In this document: positions 37,518 through 45,826 of the stretch, in pieces
Numbering within the stretch: position 1 is the first letter of the stretch
How the letters are laid out: every line of letters begins with the position of its first letter
NCBI GenBank assembly: GCA_021824045.1
Contig: JAKALR010000003.1
Location: 1-54,677 of the forward strand
Direction: 5' to 3'
Source of the DNA: a bacterium
GTDB taxonomy: Bacteria > Patescibacteriota > Minisyncoccia > UBA6257 > GWB1-50-10
Length of the DNA stretch: 54,677 bases
The notes under the pieces: generated by a model
The model's input: the letters and a program-made list of their open reading frames with translations, nothing else
The model's database searches: none
What the model was told of the DNA's origin: nothing
Position numbers and translations under genes: made by a program

Positions 37518-38192
37518 ATGGAGTTGATTCTTATCCGACACGGCGAAACCAAAGAGGGCAAAAAGGGGATTTTATTGGGACAACTTCCGGGTACATTGAC
37601 GGCCAAGGGGCGCAGGTTTGCCGACGAAGTCGGTCGCGTGATCGCCGGATTTTCATATCGCTCCCCGCTTATTATCGCAAGTGATTTAGAACGATCAAAA
37701 GAAACCGCGCGCGCCATTGCGCGGATTACGCACGCGCCTTTAAAATGTGATAGATTGCTCCGGGAACGGAACGGAGGCATCGACGAGGGGAAAAAAGAAA
37801 GTCAAATAAATTGGAAAGAATATGAAAGGAGGCCACTCGCCTATCGCCGGCACGAAGGGGGAGAAAGTTTTGCTGATGTTAAGAAGCGAGCGAGCGCATT
37901 TCTGGAAAAAATACAAAAGGAAAAGCATTCACCGATCATTATTGTTTCCCATCAAGCGCTTATTTCCACGCTGCTCTCAGAACTTTTTGGTTGGAGCTAT
38001 CCAAAAGCCCTTAAGTTTGATCTTAAAAACAAGTTGGTCATTGTGAATACAAAAAAACGGGAGTGGACGAAATCACACTCCCGTTTAAGGATTGTTCTAG
38101 TTGATATGAGAGTATCATTGCTCGGTTATTATCGTGTGCAGCTTATGAGCAATAATATCACGAATCATGGCACATCGATCGACAGGAAATGA
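37518..38192 (+). CDS. Histidine phosphatase (phosphoglycerate mutase family)
   Basis: LIRHGET, SDLERS.ETA, LRER..G, GES, VSH; 3' end overlaps rSAM-2 by 78 nt. Confidence 0.85.
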   Translation: MELILIRHGETKEGKKGILLGQLPGTLTAKGRRFADEVGRVIAGFSYRSPLIIASDLERSKETARAIARITHAPLKCDRLLRERNGGIDEGKKESQINWKEYERRPLAYRRHEGGESFADVKKRASAFLEKIQKEKHSPIIIVSHQALISTLLSELFGWSYPKALKFDLKNKLVIVNTKKREWTKSHSRLRIVLVDMRVSLLGYYRVQLMSNNITNHGTSIDRK

Positions 38193-39368
38193 GCTAAACC
38201 AGTCACCGTTCTTGGAATAAACACATCCGCCCCGACAATGCCATTTTGCAAAACATGTCGCACAGCCGGGCATGTTCAAAACGTGGAACTGACGAACTGA
38301 TTCAACTGATTCATCGCGAATCGTGACGCCCCGATCGGTCACCATGCCGATTTCGAACGATTTGGCAAATGCGCTTTTGTCATTGAAAGAAATGGTGCAC
38401 GCAGAGATGGTACCGTCCGGTGACACCGAATAGTTGGGAATTGGCACAGAACATGGAAATGGCGACACCGAATGAATATCAGTACCCGTCAGATTGATAT
38501 CCATACCTTTTGCGCGGTAATCTTTCCACAATTCGAAGTATGCTTTTCCAAGCGCGGCATAATCAACAGTAGATTTGCCTCCAAGGGCTCGACCGAGATT
38601 TTCTTTAAGGCTGAGAAAGATATGTTTCACACCATATGTATACATCTCATCGACAATCTCCCGAAGATGTCCACTGTTCGACTCAGAAACTACCACGAGT
38701 ACGCTCATTGGAACGTTGTTCTCGAGAAGAAAACCAATGTTTCCCCACACGCGTCTTGCAATCTGCGCGTTGCCACCATATCTGAGGTTTTTGTCTCCGA
38801 AACCATCCCAGGAAACTTGCACTTCCTTCATGTCACCAATAATTCTGGTAAATTTCTTGCGACTAAAAAGGCCGTTCGTGAGAAGACGAGGTATTAACTC
38901 AGTTTTTGCTCCCAATCTACTTCTAGCATATGCGATCGTCTTTTCTATGAATGGTGTGCGTAACGTTGGTTCTCCGCCTGAATAGACTATTTCTAGAAAC
39001 TTGGCGCCGGTTTCTTCGGCGAATTTACAAAAACCGTCGATCGCGTTCTTTGCAATTACCTCCGGCATGTCTGTCACAGGACCGCTATCGGCCCGCACAC
39101 TGCAATAACGACATTCTAAATTACAACCAGTCGTTATGTTGAGACGAAGACGAATCTTTTCTTTGTCGAACACAAACCCCTTATTGCGGATAAAGTCGGG
39201 AACGTTTTTCATGTCCGATGCTTCCTTTAGCCATTCTTCATCGACATCTTCTAGTGTAATTATACCGTCATAGACGGTAAAAAATCTGGTCAGAGGAGCA
39301 TAAAAGAGCGTCTGACCATCGAGGTGGATTGCGTACACCTCTTCTCTTAGTAACCTTTCGTCCAACAT
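38115..39368 (-). CDS. Radical SAM/SPASM peptide maturase 2
   Basis: CNLECRYC, SGGEPTL, TNG, SWDG; SPASM CSVP...PDG.ISAC...CATCFAKWHCRGGC. Confidence 0.88.
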   Translation of the reverse strand: MLDERLLREEVYAIHLDGQTLFYAPLTRFFTVYDGIITLEDVDEEWLKEASDMKNVPDFIRNKGFVFDKEKIRLRLNITTGCNLECRYCSVRADSGPVTDMPEVIAKNAIDGFCKFAEETGAKFLEIVYSGGEPTLRTPFIEKTIAYARSRLGAKTELIPRLLTNGLFSRKKFTRIIGDMKEVQVSWDGFGDKNLRYGGNAQIARRVWGNIGFLLENNVPMSVLVVVSESNSGHLREIVDEMYTYGVKHIFLSLKENLGRALGGKSTVDYAALGKAYFELWKDYRAKGMDINLTGTDIHSVSPFPCSVPIPNYSVSPDGTISACTISFNDKSAFAKSFEIGMVTDRGVTIRDESVESVRQFHVLNMPGCATCFAKWHCRGGCVYSKNGDWFSSFPVDRCAMIRDIIAHKLHTIITEQ

Positions 39369-39415
39369 TGTAGTCTCCTTTCTACTCCCTGATCTTATTT
39401 TTCAGATAAAATGCA

Positions 39416-39444
39416 GGGGGTTAGAATCAGAAATTCCAACCCCC
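39416..39444. terminator. Stem-loop between precursor 2 and rSAM-2
   Basis: gggggttagaat...attccaaccccc. Confidence 0.55.
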
Positions 39445-39450
39445 AACAGG

Positions 39451-39567
39451 CTACTTCGACAGGATGCGTGTATTTGAACAGCAACCGAATGTCGAAGCGC
39501 GATTTCCGTCGGAAATCTTGCCCGAGACAACTTTTTTGGGCTTTTTTACAACAGCAATCTTTTTCAT
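39451..39567 (-). CDS. Putative RiPP precursor 2 (38 aa, not in ORF track): MKKIAVVKKPKKVVSGKISDGNRASTFGCCSNTRILSK
   Basis: GGGAGG RBS, ATG at 39567, TAG at 39453-39451; upstream TTGACA-16 nt-TATATT promoter; co-oriented just upstream of rSAM-2. Confidence 0.7.
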   Translation of the reverse strand: MKKIAVVKKPKKVVSGKISDGNRASTFGCCSNTRILSK

Positions 39568-39809
39568 TGCCTCTTCCTCCCTTCTTACCTAATATTCCCG
39601 CACTCCAATTGGCTGAAATCCACCCTGGATTTCATTTAACTTTATTGAACCAAAAGCGCGTGAAAATATGTAGGGTTTTTTGTTTAAAGACTGATATTAA
39701 TATAATATCATTGATCATCTTGTCAAGGGCCTCGGATTGAACCGGGGATCTAGCGGCGATCAGTATTTTGCTGATATCACTTGGGACATATGAGAGAAGT
39801 GGGTATCAT

Positions 39810-40043
39810 TAAAAACCTCTCTGCGCTACCGTTCACCGTAGCGCCTCACTTTCTCCCATATGGGAAAAAGTGAAGCAACTGGTTCAAAACATACGATCGC
39901 ACAAAGTGTACCAATAGCAAGGATAGGCGAAGAAGCAGTGCTACAAAATATGCGATCGTTGAATTTGTAGCACAGGAGGGCGGCCGGAAAATAAAGAACA
40001 CCGTCAGCACATTGAGCGCTGGCGGTGTTTACATACACTCTTC
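39810..40043. repeat. Composite repeat block: repeat A copy 2, repeat B, repeat C and a terminator shared with 45715-45810
   Basis: 39876-39922 = 42850-42896; 39930-39983 = 42921-42974; 39948-40043 nearly equals 45715-45810. Confidence 0.88.
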
Positions 40044-40064
40044 AGACATTGAAGAAGGTCCTTT

Positions 40065-41633
40065 CTACTTAAGGAGATTCATCTTCTTCGTCTGGACGAA
40101 GTTGCCGGCCTGGAGACGGTAGAAATAGACACCTGAAGCTAAGCTTGATCCGTTGAATTGGACCGAATAGCTTCCGGGGCTCTTTTCTCCGTCAACCAAC
40201 GTCGCAACTTTTTGTCCAAGAACGTTGAAAATGGTCAGGTTAACGATAGTTCTTTTTTGGACCGAGAATTGAATGGTCGTTGTCGGGTTGAAGGGATTCG
40301 GATAGTTCTGGAGCAATGTGAAAGTTGCCGGGCCGTGTGAAGGCTCATCGACGCCGGTCACGATCTTGAAGGACCATGACGCGGAGTCCGATGCTCCTGA
40401 AGCATCGCTCACGACAACGGAAACCGTTGTCGCCGACGAGATCTCCCTGAAGGTATATATCAGGGAATCGCAACCGGCAGAAACAACGTTGCCGTTCACT
40501 TTCCAGGTATAGGAAAGTGAATCGCCGTTCGGGTCCGTTGCCGCAACCGAGAAGGTCATCGGCACGTTGACTCCAACAGAGTCCATCGAGGATGGCATTT
40601 GGGATGCGATCTGAGGAGGCGAAACGACACTGAGCGTCAGGATATAAATGGAACCATTGATGTTTGCCAAGAGATGCGTGCTGTCGAGCTGCATCATGGC
40701 GCCTATCTGGTAACCTTTGAATCCGAAAACGCTCCATGTCGCACCGTTGTCGGTCGAGCGGAACAAGCCGTCGCTCACGATGTTGTTGCCATCACCCACG
40801 AACAATCCGAGATTGCTCGAAGCGAGAATGCTGGGATAACTAACGCCTACCGGAGTAGTTGGCACGGGAACTTTTTGCCAGGTTTTGCCGTCGTCGGTGG
40901 ATTTATAGACTCCTGCATCTTTCGTCGCCGCGAAGACTGTGCCATCTGATGCTTCTTCGAAATTCTCAACGCAATCCAGATCAGCACCATCTCCCGTCGG
41001 CAAACCGCTCGCTATGTTCCATGTGAAACCGTTATCGGTTGATCGGTAAACACCGTACCACTGAGGACTTATTCCCCCAACCCCCATTAGAACCGTGCCC
41101 TTGCTTGTGGTAAACAAACTCGCTGCAGTATTCCAATGGAAAGGAGAATTATCGGTAATAGAACTCCAGGTTTGGCCGTCATCAATGGATCGATAGAGAG
41201 AATCTTGTCCACCGCTGATGATTGATCTATTGGGTGCTACCGTGAAATAACGTCCAGCTTTCGTTGCGATGGTTTCCCATGCGCTTCCTCCATCTATCGA
41301 CCTTCCAAACACACTCCCCAATCCTGTCGCAAGTAGTGTTCCCGAGTCGGTAACTCCCAAAGCAAGAGTGATACCGCCGCTGAACTTAAGGTTCAGAGTC
41401 TGCCACGTTTTCCCGCTATCCGAGGAACGAATGAGATTGTTGGTGCTCGTCTGTCCCACGATATACTCACCGCTTCTCACGAAACGATAAATATAGGAAA
41501 AGTTACTGACATTCATGGTGTCAACCGGGAATACGCGGATCTGATCTGTGATCATCAGCCCCCTGGTCCCTTGTCCGAGAACAATCGCTGCAATGCTCAA
41601 AAGGAGCATTGCGATCATCATCAAACGTTTCAC
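40065..41633 (-). CDS. Secreted BNR/Asp-box beta-propeller protein with Ig/PKD-like domain and T9SS type-A (Por) C-terminal sorting domain, paralog 1
   Basis: Signal peptide; many RS.D.G.TW repeats; tail LLQNYPNPFNPTTTI...IFNVLGQ...SGVYFYRLQAG...KKM.LLK. Confidence 0.85.
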   Translation of the reverse strand: MKRLMMIAMLLLSIAAIVLGQGTRGLMITDQIRVFPVDTMNVSNFSYIYRFVRSGEYIVGQTSTNNLIRSSDSGKTWQTLNLKFSGGITLALGVTDSGTLLATGLGSVFGRSIDGGSAWETIATKAGRYFTVAPNRSIISGGQDSLYRSIDDGQTWSSITDNSPFHWNTAASLFTTSKGTVLMGVGGISPQWYGVYRSTDNGFTWNIASGLPTGDGADLDCVENFEEASDGTVFAATKDAGVYKSTDDGKTWQKVPVPTTPVGVSYPSILASSNLGLFVGDGNNIVSDGLFRSTDNGATWSVFGFKGYQIGAMMQLDSTHLLANINGSIYILTLSVVSPPQIASQMPSSMDSVGVNVPMTFSVAATDPNGDSLSYTWKVNGNVVSAGCDSLIYTFREISSATTVSVVVSDASGASDSASWSFKIVTGVDEPSHGPATFTLLQNYPNPFNPTTTIQFSVQKRTIVNLTIFNVLGQKVATLVDGEKSPGSYSVQFNGSSLASGVYFYRLQAGNFVQTKKMNLLK

Positions 41634-41782
41634 TTTCTTAACGCTCCTTTCGAGTTTTTATCGGTGAAACAACCGTTATGAACTTTATTTACAATCTAAG
41701 GGAAGATTCCTTAGTCTGGTTATATTATACCACAAACAACGAAAAAAGGCAAAAATATTGATTTCCCTTTATTAATGCGGAT

Positions 41783-42376
41783 TTATTGGAGCAATCCCCT
41801 AATGAAGATATTGTACGTCGTCGAGGCATTTAGACCACTAATTCCGAGGGTTTGGGTCCCTGTTGCACTCAAAGCGCTCTGGAGATTCGAGGGGATGGGA
41901 TAGGATTGATAGCAACTGGGATTATTGGCCGGATTCGGCGTACTCGACGGACAAATATTAAAGTTTGGATCCTGTGCACTAAAAAGGTAGATCCCCATCT
42001 GCTTATACGACTGCGGGTTGGTCCATTGCACGGTGAAACCGTTGGAAGTGACGCTCGCGGAAGGGATCGTGACATTCGTCGGCCACTGGTTGCCGCCGGT
42101 CACGTTTGCCGTCGTGACGCAGTAGCTCGAACCGCACCAGGACATTTGTCCCAGGACGTTCACCGGCGTTGTGGGGGTTTGTCCCCCGAAGTTGCCAGTC
42201 GAGGGGTTGTAGGAGATGTCGCTCAAATCGACGAGTCCGTTCCAAGAGCTATTGCTTCCGTCGCCGAATGAAAGGAATTTAGCCTCGCCGGAAAGTTTCC
42301 CCGTCGACGAATCTATCTTGGGGGCTTGGCCCGACGGCACATCGGAAGGATTGAACGACAGCCAGCCATAGCCGCC
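41783..42376 (-). pseudogene. Orphan (startless) alternative C-terminus of the 47607-49787 surface protein
   Basis: GYGWLSFN...TPTTPVNVLGQMSWCGSSYCVTTANVTGGNQWPT shared with the full-length gene, followed by a different FN3 end; no signal peptide or good start. Confidence 0.75.
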
Positions 42377-42568
42377 CTATTTCTTCAATTTTTGTATACC
42401 CAAATCTTGGCAGATTTTCTCTGCTAAGAAATTATTAATCTCCTGATGGCGCGGTACCGTCGAAACCCTTCTGGTTTCGGGATTAAAAAAGACGCTGTGT
42501 CTAGCGCCCTCGCGTACAAAAACGCAACCTTGTTTCATGATGTGGTTTATAAGATCGCGTCTCTTCAT
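42377..42568 (-). CDS. hicA: HicA-family toxin
   Basis: MKRRDLI.H....GC.F.REGARH...VPRH.EI. Confidence 0.88.
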   Translation of the reverse strand: MKRRDLINHIMKQGCVFVREGARHSVFFNPETRRVSTVPRHQEINNFLAEKICQDLGIQKLKK

Positions 42569-42780
42569 AAAGACACGAAAATCGGTTCTCTTAAGATTTT
42601 GGAGTCGGAGCTCTTAACCAAAAACTTGCCCGTTTCCAGAACAAGCACCAGAGCTTCCTTGAGGTTTTCTTTGGCTTCTTTTAGCGTGCGGCCCTGAGTA
42701 TTAACGCCGGGAATTTCTTCTATCCATGCGGAGTACCATTTTCCAGTTTTTTTATAAACGGCTGTAAATTGTCGGCTCAT
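42565..42780 (-). CDS. hicB: HicB-family antitoxin (short, no DNA-binding domain)
   Basis: EEIPGVNTQGRTLKEAKENLKEAL; ATGA overlap with hicA. Confidence 0.88.
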   Translation of the reverse strand: MSRQFTAVYKKTGKWYSAWIEEIPGVNTQGRTLKEAKENLKEALVLVLETGKFLVKSSDSKILREPIFVSL

Positions 42781-42849
42781 AATACTTCAATAGTATCATA
42801 GATTTATTTAAAAACAAGCGTATATTCGAACACTTGCCGGATTTTGGAA

Positions 42850-43113
42850 CAACTGGTTCAAAACATACGATCGCACAAAGTGTACCAATAGCAAGGGTGG
42901 GCAAAGAGGCAGCGCTACAAAAGAAGCAGTGCTACAAAATATGCGATCGTTGAATTTGTAGCACAGGAGGGCGGTTCAAAAGAAAGAAGGCTGACATATG
43001 CAGAGCATAGTCATCCTTCGAAAATCCGATTCCTAAAGAGGAATCCGAACCTTCTTTTTTGCAATCAATGAAGTATTGGCACAAAAAAAGACGATCGCAC
43101 CAAGCGTACCAAT
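42850..43113. repeat. Second copy of repeats B and C plus a degenerate B copy at 43091-43113
   Basis: caactggttcaaaacatacgatcgcacaaagtgtaccaatagcaagg; gtgctacaaaatatgcgatcgttgaatttgtagcac; acgatcgcaccaagcgtaccaat. Confidence 0.8.
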
Positions 43114-43185
43114 GAGACACTCGGAAAACAAAGAACCATAGGTTGATATTATTATAATACAAGTCGGGAACCAAAAACGCCTCCA

Positions 43186-43905
43186 TTAAATTGATTTTGC
43201 GCAAATAAAGTATATCCTGTCGGAGACTTCTGACGCGCGGTCACCGTTCCCATCAATGACGTCAACCCCTTTAAACATTTTCTTAAGGGATCTCTCAATC
43301 TCTATGATAGGGAATGAACATTCTTTTATATTCTCGGAACTTACCACCTCCCCACCGTTTATGCCGCCCTTCATAACCTTAATGTCCCAGTTATAAATCT
43401 CCATTTCTTTTATCACACTTATCACCACTCTCCCATCGTTGAGTATTCTTATTATTGGATTCGATTGAGTTAATTTTTCTAACTTCTGCCGCGTATTAAT
43501 ATCAAAGATAAAAATACCCCCACCATTTAAATGGCGATAAGCACGAGAAAATGCATGCTCCCAATTTTCATAATTCAGTAGGTGGTTCATGGTATCGAAT
43601 ATACACAAAACGACATCATATCTCCCGGAGAGAGAAAAATTTGATATATCCTGATGAGATAAGTGAGCATTGGGGACTTTCTGTCGCGCAATTGAAAGCA
43701 TTTCCTCCGATGTGTCAATGCCAACAACAGAGTATCCGAGATCAGAGAAATATTCTAAAAACATTCCTGTTCCGCACCCTAATTCTAAGATGGTTTTTGC
43801 TTGTGGATTGTATTTCTTAATTAATTCTTCGATAAACTTTTCTCCATTTTTCCTATCCCCCATCGCGGAATCATAAAATTTAGCAAAAGCCCCGTAGTTA
43901 GTCAT
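43186..43905 (-). CDS. Class I SAM-dependent methyltransferase
   Basis: ILELGCGTG, GIDTSEEML, L..GGIFIFD. Confidence 0.88.
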   Translation of the reverse strand: MTNYGAFAKFYDSAMGDRKNGEKFIEELIKKYNPQAKTILELGCGTGMFLEYFSDLGYSVVGIDTSEEMLSIARQKVPNAHLSHQDISNFSLSGRYDVVLCIFDTMNHLLNYENWEHAFSRAYRHLNGGGIFIFDINTRQKLEKLTQSNPIIRILNDGRVVISVIKEMEIYNWDIKVMKGGINGGEVVSSENIKECSFPIIEIERSLKKMFKGVDVIDGNGDRASEVSDRIYFICAKSI

Positions 43906-43945
43906 ATCCCTATTTTACACTCTCGCAAAAGAATTGAGAAACAAA

Positions 43946-43971
43946 AGAGCTCATCGATATAAGATGAGCTC
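43946..43971. terminator. Hairpin after rSAM-3
   Basis: gagctcatc...gatgagctc with A-run flank. Confidence 0.55.
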
Positions 43972-43988
43972 AGTGCTACCAAAAATAT

Positions 43989-45368
43989 TCAGAGAGCAAA
44001 GCCATACTCCCTGAGAAGAGGGGCAACCTTTCTCTTAAAGAAAGAGACCGCCAAGCAGGCATAGTCGTCTTTCGCGTTGTAAAAATCACCGTGGAGAAAA
44101 TAAGCATTTGCCCGACATCCCGTGCCACAGAGTTCTCGCAGTTTGCATCCTCTGCAACCAGCAACATCGCCGATCTTCACCGTTTTTACCTCGCGCATTT
44201 TGTCGGAGTACCAAATATTCCAAATTGATGATTGTTTAATATTACCAATCGGCAATTCAGAACAGTAGGCACAGGAAACGACATCACCGTTCGGTTTCAC
44301 GCAACATTCGGACCTACGACCCTCATAATCACAAACGAAATCGTTATCCGTAAGTTTCTGGAAACCTTGTTCAAAGAGCTGTTCCCTGAACAAATATTCA
44401 ATTTGCAAGTGAAACGGCATGCCGTTCGCCAAATGTCGCCGCAAAAGGACTAAACAGCGCTCGGCAATAATACCCCATTCTACGTTGAATGTTGCGCGGT
44501 AATTCTTGAACTCCGGCGTCATCTTGGGAAAACCAAGTCTCCAACTGCTCACACTCATCCTTTTCACCAGATCATACATTGCATCAAGATGATCAATATT
44601 CTCCATGTTCACCACGGTGTTCACGACTACACTGATCCCTTTTGAGGTTAATAGCATAATGTTCCGCACTATGCGCTCGAGCACTTTCCTGGAATCCTTA
44701 CTGGAGAAACCCCGAAAGGAAAAGTCCACGCCGGGGATCGAATCAAGGCTGACAAAAAGCGAGAACTGACTGCGCAACTCCTGGACCGCCTGGATGAACC
44801 TGCCGTTTATCAACAGACCGTTCGAGAATATCGCAGAAATTCTCATCTTTCTCTCCTCGATGGCTGATAGCACATCGGCAAGCCGGGACATCATCAACGG
44901 CTCGCCGCCACTGATCCCGATGTTATTTACCTGCATGCCCTGCAAATCATCAAGAAGGCGAATAATCTCGTCGAAGCTCAACTCTTCGCCGCTCTTGACA
45001 TATTCAGCTTGATAGCAGTGAACGCATTTCATATCGCACTTACCGCTCGCTTCTAGATGGACTGCCTCAAGTCTTCTGTCCGGCACTTGATTTCTCCCGA
45101 GAACTCTTGGCGCGGATGCATTAGTAAATTCTACAGCTGAGATATTTTTCAGTTGATCAATGAATTGTAATACATCAACCCTCGAGGTTTTGGCGTATTG
45201 TTTGAGTATCTGTTCCACAGTGTTCGTGCCGTCAAGTGACTGGAGGAATTCAACCTGGTCGGCAGTCAACTCATAGGTAGTACCATTCCGCAAACAATAA
45301 AGAGTGCTCATTGATGTGGAATGCTTCAGTGTGAAATCGCCCGCTAACGAAACATATTGATTGGGCAT
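43989..45368 (-). CDS. Radical SAM/SPASM peptide maturase 3 with N-terminal RRE (PqqD-like) domain
   Basis: GAGGAGG RBS before MPNQYV; N-terminal ..YEL....EFLQSLDG..TVEQI winged-helix pattern; CDMKCVHC, SGGEPL; SPASM C...PNGDVVSC...GNI...CRGC.LRELCGTGCRA. Confidence 0.88.
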   Translation of the reverse strand: MPNQYVSLAGDFTLKHSTSMSTLYCLRNGTTYELTADQVEFLQSLDGTNTVEQILKQYAKTSRVDVLQFIDQLKNISAVEFTNASAPRVLGRNQVPDRRLEAVHLEASGKCDMKCVHCYQAEYVKSGEELSFDEIIRLLDDLQGMQVNNIGISGGEPLMMSRLADVLSAIEERKMRISAIFSNGLLINGRFIQAVQELRSQFSLFVSLDSIPGVDFSFRGFSSKDSRKVLERIVRNIMLLTSKGISVVVNTVVNMENIDHLDAMYDLVKRMSVSSWRLGFPKMTPEFKNYRATFNVEWGIIAERCLVLLRRHLANGMPFHLQIEYLFREQLFEQGFQKLTDNDFVCDYEGRRSECCVKPNGDVVSCAYCSELPIGNIKQSSIWNIWYSDKMREVKTVKIGDVAGCRGCKLRELCGTGCRANAYFLHGDFYNAKDDYACLAVSFFKRKVAPLLREYGFAL

Positions 45369-45420
45369 ACGAGCCTCCTCTTTTTTAAAAGTACTTAACG
45401 TACAAAAACTATAGAATAAT

Positions 45421-45450
45421 GGGTGGAATGCTTTTGAGAACACTCCACCC
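45421..45450. terminator. Stem-loop between precursor 3 and rSAM-3
   Basis: gggtgga...tccaccc. Confidence 0.5.
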
Positions 45451-45469
45451 CCGCTGGAGCCGAGTGAAA

Positions 45470-45589
45470 CTACGAACCCGGCGCACTGGCGTTCAGGGCC
45501 TGCGTCAGTCTTACCTGAAGCACCCTCTTTTTGAGTAAAGAGTTTTTCAGGACCTTCTGACCGGCCCCTTTTACCAGGGGCTTTTTCAT
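45470..45589 (-). CDS. Putative RiPP precursor 3 (39 aa, not in ORF track): MKKPLVKGAGQKVLKNSLLKKRVLQVRLTQALNASAPGS
   Basis: GAGAGG RBS, ATG at 45589, TAG at 45472-45470; upstream TATAAT; same layout (peptide, hairpin, rSAM) as cassette 2. Confidence 0.62.
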   Translation of the reverse strand: MKKPLVKGAGQKVLKNSLLKKRVLQVRLTQALNASAPGS

Positions 45590-45714
45590 AACAGCCTCTC
45601 TACAGTTTTTGTTAAGCAAGTAACTTCACAGAAAAGCCTGCAAATACCAATTACCTGCCCTATGATTATAATAACACAAAAATAAACCATTCGTAATAAA
45701 AACGCCGCCTCGCT

Positions 45715-45810
45715 ATATGCGATCGTTGAATTTGTAGCACAGGAGGGCGGCCGAAAAATAAAGAACACCGTCAGCACATTGAGCGCTGGCGGTGTTTACA
45801 TACACTCTTC
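45715..45810. repeat. Right half of repeat C plus terminator, shared with 39948-40043
   Basis: atatgcgatcgttgaatttgtagcacaggagggcggccg...aacaccgtcagcacattgagcgctggcggtgttt. Confidence 0.85.
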
Positions 45811-45826
45811 CATTGAAGAAGATCTC

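Noticed and set aside
38929-38940. Extra TGCGATCGT motif inside rSAM-2
   Set aside because: Within coding sequence, no flanking stem, and CGATCG is frequent in this genome
39826-40038. 70-aa ORF over the repeat block, and the 90-aa ORF at 42932-43204
   Set aside because: They run through terminator and palindromic repeats with no RBS; better explained as non-coding
41783-42568. HicA-surface protein fusion by TAG readthrough
   Set aside because: hicA and the orphan fragment are in frame across one TAG, but this has a 1-in-3 chance and TAG is a normal stop elsewhere (recG, ligA)
37332-45810. Integron with attC sites
   Set aside because: Repeats lack the RYYYAAC...GTTRRRY boundaries, cassettes are multigene with their own promoters, and no intI is in the window
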